Position numbers and translations under genes: made by a program
Assembly: GCA_963713045.1 (NCBI GenBank)
Contig: CAVQKE010000004.1
Location: 1,120,001 to 1,184,000 of the forward strand
Length of the DNA: 64,000 nt
Origin: an uncultured delta proteobacterium
GTDB taxonomy: Bacteria; Myxococcota; Myxococcia; Myxococcales; Myxococcaceae
Direction of reading: 5' to 3'
Part shown: positions 37,522 to 47,842 of the stretch, one piece after another
How positions within the stretch are numbered: position 1 is the stretch's first letter
How the letters are laid out: every line of letters begins with the position of its first letter
Notes under the pieces: generated by a model
What the model was told of the DNA's origin: nothing
Database searches by the model: none
Seen by the model: only the letters and a program-made list of their open reading frames with translations

Positions 37522-37632
37522 CACCGCCGCATTCCTGCCGCTTCTTCGGGCGAAAGCACGGCACCGGTAGAGCGCTGAAGGTCAATGTCGTTCCGCCTGG
37601 CGAGCGAGTCCCCAACCCCAGGCACATCACCG

Positions 37633-39867
37633 TCAGGGGTTGCTGTCAGAGCGCGCCTTGGCGGGCAACGTGCCCACCATCGGTGTCAGGTCTGGACCGG
37701 CCCACGGCCACGACGTGCCAGAGGGCCACCAGCCGGGCTTCGTCTGGAGATAGAGCGACGGCGGAAGAGTCTGAGATGCGCCTGCCGGATTCCAGACAGT
37801 GGCATTGTGGACGGTATCGAAGTTTCCCTGTCGGTAAAGAGAGGTGGTGGCAACATCGGTGGCGCCCGAACCGCCGTTCGCGCCGAGCTCGTAAATCGAG
37901 TACGGGTTGGCGTCGTAGGCCTCGTAGACGGTGCTGAGCCCGGCCATCCCGAGCACGTTGGCGACCACGTTCATGTTGATGTCACCGCCATCGAACTGCA
38001 GGGCCGTCACATTTCCGGTTTGCGTCGCCGTCGACCCGTAGACAGCAGGAGGGGCGAAGTAACTCGACGAGTAGTTCCTGAAATAGGTGAGGTATCCGGC
38101 ATTGCCGTGGGTGTTCGAGGCGCCGATGTGCGGGGCGTAATTGCCCTCCATCAGTTCCATGTGCGGGAAGGAGCAGTGACAGTCGATGTTGACCTCCTGC
38201 CAGGCAGGCGGCGTCGACCAGGAGTTGTCCGCATAGTTGTAGGCCACCACGTTGCCGCCGCCGGAGGCATTGAAGAGGATGGGTTTATTCATGTACCGAA
38301 CGATGTTGTTCTCGATGAGGTTGTCGGCGGCTCCGCAGCGCAAGACGATGCCATAGCAGTCCGTGCCGAACCCGTAGTTGGCGGAATTATGAATGAAGCT
38401 GTCGCGCACCACGCACCGGTAGGTGCCGGTGAGGGTCACGTGCATCCCACCGATGGTGCCGTCGGTCTGAACGTCCTTGACCCAGCAATAGGCCGCGTTG
38501 GAGATGTCGATTCCGCCGGCCATGGCCCCGTCGTAGCTGGGGTTCGTCCCGCCCTCGATGCGGAGGTGTTCTATCCCAGCCCACCAGGTGGTCGTCGCGG
38601 CAGCGGGCGTCACTTGGGCCAGGTATGGGCTGCCCGAAGGAAAGTTCCAGTGAAGGGGCGAGCTCAGGGTCAACGTGCCATTGGCACTGTCGACGGCTTG
38701 GACTTCGACGCGTTGGCTGGCCGATCGGCCGCTGACCCGTTTGAAGTAGGTGCAATCGCCTTGTTGGATGGTGCTGTCGTCAACCACGTCCACCAGTGCG
38801 AGAGAACCGGGAAGGAAGTTCGCGGTGGCCGAGCCCACTGAGAGCGTCGTCGTTTCCTTGACCCCGTCCTGGGTCAATCCATATGGCGTCCCGCCGTAAC
38901 AAGTGGCGTCGCGAGCAGTGCCGATGGCGAGGACGGTTCCCCCGCCAGTCTTCACGATGGTGGTGCCCGTTGGGCCACCCTGGTAACCAGCCCCACGAAG
39001 AACGATGCCCGTGGTGAGCGTGACGGTTGACGACACCGAAAAGGTCCCGGCGGTGAGCTGCACCACCTGGCCGGCGGGGCAGGCGTCAATTGCCGCTTGG
39101 ATATTGTCTGACGGAGAAACCGTGGCACAGATGGTTGTGCGCTGTGGGATGCCGTCGGAACCGAGGGGCAGTGCAAGTTGGCCGTCGGCAAGAATGCCTG
39201 GGTTCCACGCCGTGCGGCGATCCGCCGGGACAATGTCGGTCGAGCCACCGTCTGCGGAAGTGACGAGGACGGCTGCGGAAGCTGTCCGGCTGGTGTCGGC
39301 GACGCTCGTCGCGACGACGTGGTAGGTGCCAGTGGACGCTGGCGCAGTGTACTGACCGTTTGCGTCGACGACGCCTCCATTCGCTTCCTGGACCGACCAG
39401 GTGACAGCGTTGGACTGTGACCCGGTAGTCCCGGTGACGGTTGCCGTGAAAGCGACCGTCCCACTGGGAACCGTGGACGCCGACGACGGGCTGATGAAGA
39501 CGGTGACTTGGAGTTGGCTGACAACCATCACGGTGGCGACGCCGCTGCGAGACGGGTCGGCGACACTGGTGGCAACCACGTGGAAGGTTCCGAGCCCGTT
39601 GGGCGCGGTGTAGTGGCCTGTGCCGTCGACGGTGCCACCATTCGCCTCACGGACCGACCAGGTGACCCGGGTGTCGGCAGTGCCGGAGACGGCAGTCGAA
39701 AATGCTACCGGTTCACCCGGCAGGACCTGCGCTTCGGGTGGCGTGACGCTGACGGCGATGGAAGCGTCTGCCTGACTCGCTAACCCAACGGTCCCGCTGC
39801 ACGCGGTCGCGACGGCGATGGTCAACACCGCAACAACTCGAAGAACGGTGGCGCAGGTCCAATTCAC
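37633..39867 (-). CDS. Lipoprotein with two Ig-like repeats and a right-handed beta-helix (pectin lyase-like) domain
   Basis: Lipobox ATAC. Repeat VTWSV.EANGG.VD..G.YTAP...GT.HVVATSVAD occurs twice. IQAAIDACPAGQVVQLTAGTF, IVLRGAG, DNLIENNI. Confidence 0.82.
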   Translation of the reverse strand: MNWTCATVLRVVAVLTIAVATACSGTVGLASQADASIAVSVTPPEAQVLPGEPVAFSTAVSGTADTRVTWSVREANGGTVDGTGHYTAPNGLGTFHVVATSVADPSRSGVATVMVVSQLQVTVFISPSSASTVPSGTVAFTATVTGTTGSQSNAVTWSVQEANGGVVDANGQYTAPASTGTYHVVATSVADTSRTASAAVLVTSADGGSTDIVPADRRTAWNPGILADGQLALPLGSDGIPQRTTICATVSPSDNIQAAIDACPAGQVVQLTAGTFSVSSTVTLTTGIVLRGAGYQGGPTGTTIVKTGGGTVLAIGTARDATCYGGTPYGLTQDGVKETTTLSVGSATANFLPGSLALVDVVDDSTIQQGDCTYFKRVSGRSASQRVEVQAVDSANGTLTLSSPLHWNFPSGSPYLAQVTPAAATTTWWAGIEHLRIEGGTNPSYDGAMAGGIDISNAAYCWVKDVQTDGTIGGMHVTLTGTYRCVVRDSFIHNSANYGFGTDCYGIVLRCGAADNLIENNIVRYMNKPILFNASGGGNVVAYNYADNSWSTPPAWQEVNIDCHCSFPHMELMEGNYAPHIGASNTHGNAGYLTYFRNYSSSYFAPPAVYGSTATQTGNVTALQFDGGDINMNVVANVLGMAGLSTVYEAYDANPYSIYELGANGGSGATDVATTSLYRQGNFDTVHNATVWNPAGASQTLPPSLYLQTKPGWWPSGTSWPWAGPDLTPMVGTLPAKARSDSNP

Positions 39868-40728
39868 GAAGGCGGGTATCCGGAGCAGAAACGGAAGAGA
39901 CGTCGGAGGCGGACTCTACGCCACCGCCCCGAGACAACTCTCATCCTAAAGCCAAGTGACTTGTCGGAGCGGGCCGCGTCAAGTAGCCGATGTATGAAAC
40001 GGCCCCACGCCTTGAATCCTCTGGCGTTAGACGGACCCGTCAAGCTCCCTGTGACGACTGGTGAACTCAAGGAGCCGTGAGACATGGACGGAGGGTCGCA
40101 AAGGCCGCCTGAGGAGCGAGCTGGGTTGGTGGCGCCGGCTTGGGATTCCCCGTTCGAGCGTCCCAAGACGCCCACGCATCCTGGCTACGTCCAACTGTCG
40201 CATCAGCGCAGGTCGTCGGAAGGGCCACCGCCACCATCGCCAGACGGCCACGGCCACCTTTCGCGGTCTCTAATCTTCTCTCGGAGGGCCGCCGCCGCGT
40301 TGGCAGCCTGCTCAACGTACTCAGCGGCCATTACCGCAGTGCGGGAGTGCTTTCTGAGGTCGCCGGCCACGAGCCGTAAACGCTCGGCATCGTCCATTGT
40401 CTTGTCGATGTCGTCCGCATCTCGCTTCGTGAAGGGCAGCTTTTTGGCACGCGGTGGCGGACAATGCTCAGCTGCCCGCTACCCGCTCGTGCCTCGATGA
40501 CGGCCCCTCTAGTCCCATCGCGGCAGCTCCGGCCTAGGTTTTCGGCCACCGGTCCGAGCCTCGATTGGCGGAGGCAAGGCACGGCTCAGGGGCCCCCCTG
40601 AAGTGGAGAAAATGTAGGCCGCCTGGTGGATGTGACGTTCCTTCCCCGGGCCCCCAGGGTTTGCTACCGAGCACTGAAAGAGCGTCGCTTTGGTGTAGGG
40701 GTAGACATGTCCTTCCGAAAGGTCGGTG

Positions 40729-41745
40729 ATGAAGGTCTCGCCCAAAGCAGTTGTCGTTCTCGTCGTCGTCGTCGCAGCGGTCGCCCTCAGCGCATGGCTC
40801 GTTTTCTCTGGCCGCATCGCAGCTCGAGCTGAGCCGTCCAACTCGCTGACCCTGTACGGGAACGTGGACGTCCGCCAAGTCGAGCTTGGATTCCGTGTTG
40901 CAGGGCGGTTGAAAACATTGGCCTTCGAAGAGGGCCAGGCGGTCCGGGCCGGCACGCTGATGGCCACACTGGATGCGCAGCCGTTCGAAGATGAGCTCCA
41001 CGTCACCGAAGCGGACGTTGCGGCGCAAGACGCCAACCTCAAGAAACTCATGGCCGGCAACCGCGCCCCCGAAATCGCCAAGGCGCGCGCCGCGGTGGAC
41101 GAGGCGGTGGCCTCCGAGCAGAACGCTCATGCGTTGCTTAGCCGAGCGCAGATGCTTCTCGACGCCGGTGCCATGCCGCCGTCGACGTACGACGACGCGG
41201 TGGCGGCCAGTCGGGTCGCCGATGCCCGCTTGGCCTCAGCATCGGAAGAGCATCGGCTGCTCGTCCAAGGGTTCCGCTCCGAGGACATTTCGGCAGGGAG
41301 GGCGCTTCTCGAGGCCGCTCGTGCGCGGGTGAATACTGCCCAAACTGCGCTTGCAGATACGCGCCTGGTAGCGCCATCGGATGGTGTGGTCATCACCCGC
41401 GTGCGAGAGCCAGGTGCCATCGTCTCTCCAAACGACGTCGTTTACGTCGTTTCCCTCACCCAGTCGGTGTGGGTCCGCGCGTACGTTGCCGAGCCGCAGC
41501 TGGGAAAGTTGCGCCTCGGAATGGAGGTGTCAGTCACCTCTGACGCAGCGCCGTCTCATCCAGTGCGCGGACACCTCGGCTTCATTTCTCCGACAGCAGA
41601 ATTCACGCCCAAATCCGTCGAGACTTCCCAGCTGCGAACGGACCTCGTCTACCGCCTGCGCATCGTGGTCGACGAGCCGGACGCGACCCTGCACCAGGGC
41701 ATGCCAGTGACCGTACACATTCAGACTGGTGGCCCCGGAGCATGA
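40729..41745 (+). CDS. ybhG: HlyD family membrane fusion protein (YbhG-like)
   Basis: LTLYGNVDVRQVELGFRVAGR and GFISPTAEFTPKSVETSQLRTDLVYRLRI. Confidence 0.88.
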   Translation: MKVSPKAVVVLVVVVAAVALSAWLVFSGRIAARAEPSNSLTLYGNVDVRQVELGFRVAGRLKTLAFEEGQAVRAGTLMATLDAQPFEDELHVTEADVAAQDANLKKLMAGNRAPEIAKARAAVDEAVASEQNAHALLSRAQMLLDAGAMPPSTYDDAVAASRVADARLASASEEHRLLVQGFRSEDISAGRALLEAARARVNTAQTALADTRLVAPSDGVVITRVREPGAIVSPNDVVYVVSLTQSVWVRAYVAEPQLGKLRLGMEVSVTSDAAPSHPVRGHLGFISPTAEFTPKSVETSQLRTDLVYRLRIVVDEPDATLHQGMPVTVHIQTGGPGA

Positions 41746-43200
41746 GGAAAGAACTGGTCCGACTGGATGCAGTCACAAAACGCTTCGGCGACGGAGCCCC
41801 GGCGCTCGATGCGTTGACGGGTGTTGTCTCAGCCGGCGCCATCACAGGCTTGGTTGGACCGGACGGTGCAGGGAAGACCACGCTCATTCGCCTCATGGCG
41901 GGACTGTTGACGGCCGAAAGTGGCTCGCTCCAGGTGCTGGGCTTCAACCCAGCCCTCCAGGCTTCCTTCATTCACACCGCCATCGGCTACATGCCCCAGC
42001 GCTTCGGCCTCTACGAGGACCTGACGGTCGAGGAGAACCTCACACTGTACGCAGACCTTCGCGCGCTTCCTCGCGCCGAACGTCCAGCCGTCTTCGACGA
42101 ACTCTTAACTTTCACCGACCTCCGCAGCTTTACCACGCGTCCCGCGGGCAAGCTCTCGGGCGGCATGAAGCAGAAGCTCGGGCTGGCCTGTGCTCTCATC
42201 CGAAAACCGCGTCTCTTGCTCCTGGATGAGCCCAGCGTAGGGGTCGACCCCATCTCTCGCCGCGAGCTGTGGCGCATGGTCAGTGCCCTGAAGAACGAGG
42301 GAGTTGGCGTCGTTTGGTCCACGGCGTACCTCGACGAGGCCGAGGCCTGCGACCACGTCCTCCTTCTGAACGCGGGCAAGCTGCTCTTCGACGGGCAACC
42401 GAGCGAACTCACTCGAAGAACCCAAGGGCGCGTGTTTCGGATGGTCGACATCGAAGGAAGGCGTCGGCCAGCTCTTGCAGCGACACTCGCACTTCCCGAG
42501 GTCATCGACGGCGTCGTGCAAGGAAGCGCGATTCGGATTGTCTTGCGCGACGCTGCAGTCCTCCCCACACCGCCCAGGGAAGCTGGACCGCACGCCAGGC
42601 TGGTGCCGGCGCCGCCGCGCTTCGAGGACTCCTTCGTCGACATTCTGGGCGGAGGTCCGGGCGGCGAATCCAAGTTGGCGCAAGGCCTTGAGAGCAAAGC
42701 TGGCAGCGACGCGCCCGTCATTCAAGCGCGCTCACTCACCAAACGCTTCGGCGACTTCACTGCAGCCTCAGACATCTCCTTCACCGTCTCGCGCGGCGAG
42801 ATTTTGGGCTACTGGGCCCCAATGGGGCGGGCAAGTCGACAACCTTCCGGATGCTCTGCGGCCTGCTCAAGCCCTCGTCTGGCGAGGGTCGCGTGGCAGG
42901 CATAGACCTGCGTCGCGATACCGCAGGCGCGCGCGGGCGACTTGGCTACATGGCACAAAAGTTCTCGCTCTACGGTGACCTCAGCGCTGGGCAGAACTTG
43001 CGCTTCTTTGCCGGCGTCTACGGTTTGACCGGCGCGCGGAGGCGCCAGCAAATCGAAAAGATGATTGACGCGTTCGCGCTGGATGCCCACCTGGATATGG
43101 CGTCCAGAGAGCTTCCCTTGGGTTTCAAGCAGCGCCTCGCCCTCGCGTGTGCGGTGATGCACGAGCCCGAGGCACTGTTTCTGGATGAGCCCACTTCGGG
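41742..43200 (+). CDS. ybhF: ABC transporter ATP-binding protein with two ATPase domains (YbhF-like); frameshift near 42808, truncated at ~43200
   Basis: GPDGAGKTT, LSGGMKQK, LLDEP. The second Walker A (GPNGAGKST) is restored by adding one base. The second domain ends abruptly at LDEPTSG. Confidence 0.85.
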
Positions 43201-43688
43201 TGGTCCGGAAGCAGCGATGTAGTATCGAAGGACAGGGCATCAGGCAACATTGGGTAGGTGACGACGCCGGTGTAAACCGAGGTTGTATTTGTGTATGCCT
43301 GTTTGTCGGTCTGCGAGTCTTTTAGGACGTAGGAATCGACGTCGGCAATGCCGACGAGGACACGAATATTGCCGTTATCCAGGCGCTCGGCGTACTCGAT
43401 TTGATCCAGATCCCGCGATTCGACGTTGTCGATGGATGACCATAAGAGCGAGCGAAGATCCTTTGTAGCAGGTGCCGGTGTGTTCAGATGCTTTTCAATG
43501 GCATCGTTCACTTCCTTTAATACGGCCGGAGCGAAATCCGGTTTGAAGTCATTGGCTAGCATCTCGGCGTGTGCTCTGGACGTGAGGTCAATGATTTTGT
43601 GTCCATCGAAATGTTCACCGTGGCTGCCGCCGCTGGTTTTGCTCTGTTTCTTCCAACCAGGATTTTGTTTCGACGCCTTTTTCATCAT
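43201..43688 (-). CDS. RNB domain (RNase II/R family) exoribonuclease, N-terminal fragment cut at the junction
   Basis: LRSLLWSSIDNVESRDLDQ, VLVGIADV, TTSVYT, PMLPDALS. Confidence 0.85.
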
Positions 43689-43713
43689 GCACTTCCGTCT
43701 CGAGGAGATTCAA

Positions 43714-44770
43714 TTATCGCGCAAATTGCTTCAAGGCAGGAAGTACTTCTCTGTCCCAGACCTCTTGCGATACGTAGAGGAGAAATGAGACGTTGCTGAT
43801 TATCCCGGCTGCTGGTCCGGTCTCACAAGGCGAGGGAACGAATTTCCGCAAATCGATGACATTCTGGTAAGGCTTGGCTACCGCCAGGCTGTACTGCACT
43901 CCATGCACAGCGGCGATCGGCCCGTTTCCTTTACGGACGACAGTGACGCAACAACCAGGAAGCATTTCTAGAAATACGGTCAAAGACAATTCGTCGAATC
44001 CACTCTTGTCTATGGCGTCAACAAGCACTACCCCTGGTGCCACTTCTTTGGCCGTCGGCGGCCAGTTCGCTGGCATACGCCACGCTTGCATCGTAGCCTG
44101 CCAACGACTTCTTCAATTGCTCGATGGCGGTCGTGTTGCCCTGAACCGCTGAGATCCATTGCACAAACAAATGCTGCTTGGCTTTGTCCCGACTCTCTGG
44201 TTTTCTTGGATCGATTTTGGGCAGTGTCGCCATTCCTTTGGCGAGCAGCTGAGAAAGAGCGGTGCCCGTGAGTTGCAGGGCCGGCTCGCCGTCCAGTTTC
44301 GCGGCATCTTCGTCCAGCCCCGGGTAGACAAGTCCCGTCGCCTTGATCGCCGCAGTCAATCCATCAGGGTCAGGATCGGCGATGATGGCGACGGCGTTTG
44401 CGAACTCTCCGGCAGTTACCAGAGTGCTGCAAGCTGCGTGTATCTGCCGCGTGGTGATCGTGCAGTCGGCACCGAGGTGCCTCTGCAACTCGGCAGCGGC
44501 CGCTTCTTTGCGGCGCTCGCTTTCGCTCGCCGGCTCGCTCTCCAACCCATGATGATCGCGAAACACCACCTTGTAGCCGAGCGATTTCAGTCTTTTCACG
44601 GCCTCTACGGTTGGTGGGGTAGCAGGCGTGTCTATGAAGAGGACCGGATTGCTCGCGTCTCCCTTCGGCAGACCGGCGCGGTAGACGAAATCGAGAATGG
44701 TTTGTGTGTCGTCTGCTGTGTATCCTTTGATGAAGAGGATCGGCACATTGTTGACTGTAACTGAAATCAA
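43714..44770 (-). CDS. Hypothetical protein with DHH-phosphoesterase-like motifs; frameshifted near 44057
   Basis: VLFID, VFRDHH and IADPDPDG. Removing one base joins ORF 44018-44770 to ORF 43714-44091 (ELAA|TAKEVAPGVVLVD). Confidence 0.6.
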
Positions 44771-45669
44771 GTCGCGTCACCAACAGGTTCAGAAGCGACT
44801 TTTGCCTTTGCTTCCAGCGCCGCCGATCGAAGCAACATTGTCGACGTATAAACAACAACGACAATCACAAGCCAGCGCACCGCATTTAGTTCCAGGCTCT
44901 TTACCCAGAATGCAGCTATCAATACCGCCGGCAATCCGCCAATGGACAATCCCAGCGAAGGGCGCAGTGCATAACGCCCGCTGGCGATGAAACGCGCGCT
45001 GCCGACCGGCATCAAGAATGCGCACGAGCCCATCATGATGGGAAAGGCAGCATGTGGATCCATGCCGAGCAGGCTGACCAGGATCATGCACGGGGCAAAT
45101 AAACCGATGCCTAGAGTCATCAAGGCGCCGAGAACAAAGTTGCCGATCATCCCCGCAATCAGCTTGACAGTGTTCAAGCCGAGATCGGCGCCGCCTGAAG
45201 GGAAATATTTCAACTGTGTCATCAACATCAGGATTGCAGCGGCAAGGAGTGCGCCGCCCAATGAGATTTGAATGACACGTCTGGGGAGTTTCGATACAAC
45301 ACCCGAGCCCAGCCAACTGCCCATGACGGCAGCCACGATCATGGCAGTGAGGGTAATGACGTCAACGTTCACTATAGCGATGAAAATGAAAGCTTCGGCA
45401 AATGTCGGCACGCAGTGCCCCACATTCAATGTGCCGGGAATCAATTCGTCCGGCACTGTATGTTTGAGTTTGAATAATGAGCTTGTGGTGGCAAAGGAGC
45501 CAATGCCGAGAGTATCAAAGAAGTTGGTGACAAAGCCGATGAACAAATCGAGGGCTGTCGGCCACAATGGTGCTTTTGATTCTTGTTTCCCCTTCAGAAC
45601 AGCTTGCACCCACATCACCAAGAACAAGATGCAGACGAGCGCGAGGGAGACGAAGAGGGCTTCTTTCAT
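44767..45669 (-). CDS. Sulfite exporter TauE/SafE family membrane protein
   Basis: NFFDTLGIGSFA, LMTLGIGLFAP, AFPIMMGSCA. Multiple TM segments. Confidence 0.8.
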   Translation of the reverse strand: MKEALFVSLALVCILFLVMWVQAVLKGKQESKAPLWPTALDLFIGFVTNFFDTLGIGSFATTSSLFKLKHTVPDELIPGTLNVGHCVPTFAEAFIFIAIVNVDVITLTAMIVAAVMGSWLGSGVVSKLPRRVIQISLGGALLAAAILMLMTQLKYFPSGGADLGLNTVKLIAGMIGNFVLGALMTLGIGLFAPCMILVSLLGMDPHAAFPIMMGSCAFLMPVGSARFIASGRYALRPSLGLSIGGLPAVLIAAFWVKSLELNAVRWLVIVVVVYTSTMLLRSAALEAKAKVASEPVGDAT

Positions 45670-45805
45670 GAATAAAAGGTCTCTCAGTAGGATGGGTTTT
45701 CCGCGGGGACCGGAATGTTCTGAACGCCGTTGTCACCGGCTGAGCAGGCAAGTGGAGGCACCATGAAACATGGGGCCTCCACTTGATCTGATGTATCAAC
45801 AGCGG

Positions 45806-46288
45806 CTATTTGACGCCTGCCATTTGCTGCATCATTTTTTCGGCGCGCTTCTTCATTTCTTCCGGAGCGACATCTTCTACGTGTGTAGCGATTGCCCATT
45901 GATGTCCGAATGGATCGGCGAGCTTGCCGAAGCGATCGCCCCAGAACTGGTCGGCGACTGCCAATTGAACTGTGCAACCGGCTTTGACGGCTTTATCAAA
46001 CCAGGCGTCGACATCATCGACGTAGAGCATCAACGATGTGGTGGCTCCGCCCCGAGACTGCGGTCCGAGAACATCCCGTTCCTGACATTCGTCTCCGAGA
46101 AAGACCATCGAATCACCGATCTTGATTTCACCATGCATAATGGTGCCGTTCGGTCCGGGCATCACCATGATCTCTTCGGCGTCAAATGCCTTTTTGTAGA
46201 AATCGATTGCCCTTCTTGCGCCTTTCACTGTCAGGTACGGCGTTACTGTATGGAAGCCTTTGGGAATTGGATATGCAGCTTTTGCCAT
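45806..46288 (-). CDS. VOC family (PhnB/glyoxalase-like) protein
   Basis: GFHTVTPYL, AIDFYKKAF, DQFWGDRFGKLADPFGHQW. Confidence 0.92.
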   Translation of the reverse strand: MAKAAYPIPKGFHTVTPYLTVKGARRAIDFYKKAFDAEEIMVMPGPNGTIMHGEIKIGDSMVFLGDECQERDVLGPQSRGGATTSLMLYVDDVDAWFDKAVKAGCTVQLAVADQFWGDRFGKLADPFGHQWAIATHVEDVAPEEMKKRAEKMMQQMAGVK

Positions 46289-46473
46289 TTCTCGTCATCT
46301 CCTTGAAACTAATGCGAAACGCTTGCAGGCAGGCTCATCCAAGGGAGCCACTCCTGCCGAATCTCAATGCCGACGATTCTAACATCATGACTAGTGTCGC
46401 CAGTGGCCGGTCGCCCCAGGTACTTTCACGGGGCAGCGTGCTTGAGAGCGCTTGGTCACTGATGCTTATCTAT

Positions 46474-46502
46474 TTGACACTAACCAGTTAGATTGTTATC
46501 TT
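46474..46502 (+). promoter_or_regulatory. sigma70 promoter of the ArsR gene with overlapping operator
   Basis: TTGACA (46474) - 17 bp - TATCTT (46497). The ATG follows at 46509, suggesting a leaderless transcript. Confidence 0.7.
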
Positions 46503-46508
46503 GAAGAT

Positions 46509-47732
46509 ATGTCTGCCATATCTGAGAGTTCCGGCACGGATATTCGCGACCATTGCCATTTTGGCGTTAGTCTTAGATTTGAGCTGCTTTTTGCTTTGCA
46601 CACATTGTTCAATCCTCATACGCGCATTCACCTGGGCTGGCGTGAGAAGGCATTGACCGAGTTGCCTGCCAGTTTTCTCGAACTCTTCAAAATGTTGGGT
46701 GGTTCCTATGAGTTATGGCCGGCTGTGGAGTCGGCGTTGCCGTGCAAACAAGCCTATTTTGATTTCGCCGGTTTGATTGAAGCCTTGTCCGGCATTGAGA
46801 CAAAAGAGCTTCAGAGAGCAATTTTGTACGGAGAACTGCATTCCGAAGAAGTGGTGAACGAAATTGTTCACGGTTCGCTTGATTTGTCGACAGCCATTTC
46901 CAGACTGCCCAAAGTCAATCATGAGTGGCTCTCTTTCATTGGCCTGTATCCCTACGATTCCCAATCTCCGATGATCATTGGCATGGAGCTTTTGATGGCC
47001 AATCCCGACAAGTTCAGATTGACGGTAATTGCCGCTCTTGAATTGTTCTGGCAGCATTCATTCCGCTCGACATGGGACTCGGTCAAAGATCAATTTCATC
47101 GATCGATGGAGGAGCGCGAACGACTTTTTCGCAGCTGTTCTTTCGAGGAATTCGCGCAGCACGCACTGCTCCGAGTACGCATCGATGAAAAAAATGGAAC
47201 CATTGAAGCGATTCGCGGTGGCTTCAAACTGGCATTCGCCAATATCGAAAGTTGTTTCTTCATTCCTTCGGCGTTCAACGATCGCCGTTTCTGGAGTTCA
47301 TACAAAGTCGAGCCAGGCAGTAAGTTCGAATACACCTATTTCCCCTATTTCGATCCTGCCATCAACTTTGGTGGCAGCACCGTGGCTCCCCAGACTGTTG
47401 TCGAGCCGGAACTCGATCCTGCCTTGATTTTCAAAGCTCTTGGTGATACGACACGCTACGCTATTGCTTCGCTGCTTGCCAGGCGCAGCATGACGGCGGT
47501 CGAGCTTTCTCGCCAATTGGCTGTTTCCAAACCAACGATCTCGCACCATCTAACGCAGTTGCGGGAAGCCGGTTTGATCAACGAACGCTACCAAAGCGGT
47601 GCCGTGCACGTCACCTTGAAGAAAGAAGTGTTCGAACGGCTGTCTGCGATTACAGTGCGCAAGCTTTTTGAAAATCCGGCCGATGCCGTATTGAACGTGA
47701 CCAGGCGCAAGAAGATGCCGACACAGAGTTGA
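46509..47732 (+). CDS. Transcriptional regulator with C-terminal ArsR/SmtB HTH and large N-terminal domain
   Basis: IFKALGDTTRYAIASLL...ELSRQLAVSKPTISHHLTQLREAGLI. Confidence 0.88.
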   Translation: MSAISESSGTDIRDHCHFGVSLRFELLFALHTLFNPHTRIHLGWREKALTELPASFLELFKMLGGSYELWPAVESALPCKQAYFDFAGLIEALSGIETKELQRAILYGELHSEEVVNEIVHGSLDLSTAISRLPKVNHEWLSFIGLYPYDSQSPMIIGMELLMANPDKFRLTVIAALELFWQHSFRSTWDSVKDQFHRSMEERERLFRSCSFEEFAQHALLRVRIDEKNGTIEAIRGGFKLAFANIESCFFIPSAFNDRRFWSSYKVEPGSKFEYTYFPYFDPAINFGGSTVAPQTVVEPELDPALIFKALGDTTRYAIASLLARRSMTAVELSRQLAVSKPTISHHLTQLREAGLINERYQSGAVHVTLKKEVFERLSAITVRKLFENPADAVLNVTRRKKMPTQS

Positions 47733-47842
47733 AGCGGTCGATCCGATTGGGCTGTAGTGGGAGATTCGACTGGGCTGAAGCGGAGATCCGTCCAGGCCGA
47801 AGCGGAGATCCGGCCAGGCTGAAGCGGAGATCCGTCCGGGCT
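47731..47842. repeat. 22-23 bp tandem repeat, 3 conserved and 2 degenerate copies
   Basis: GAAGCGGAGATCCG(T/G)CC(A/G)GGC(C/T) at 47777, 47799 and 47821. Degenerate copies at 47731 and 47754. Confidence 0.85.

Noticed and set aside
37585..38841. Long plus-strand ORF, and similar long antisense ORFs such as 14794-16212 and 55211-56734 in another frame
   Set aside because: They overlap well-supported genes, and long shadow ORFs are expected in GC-rich DNA.
43125..43222. ABC ATPase / RNase overlap as a biological gene arrangement
   Set aside because: Both ORFs simply read through a probable contig junction.
47731..47842. Mini-CRISPR
   Set aside because: Repeats abut directly with no spacers.
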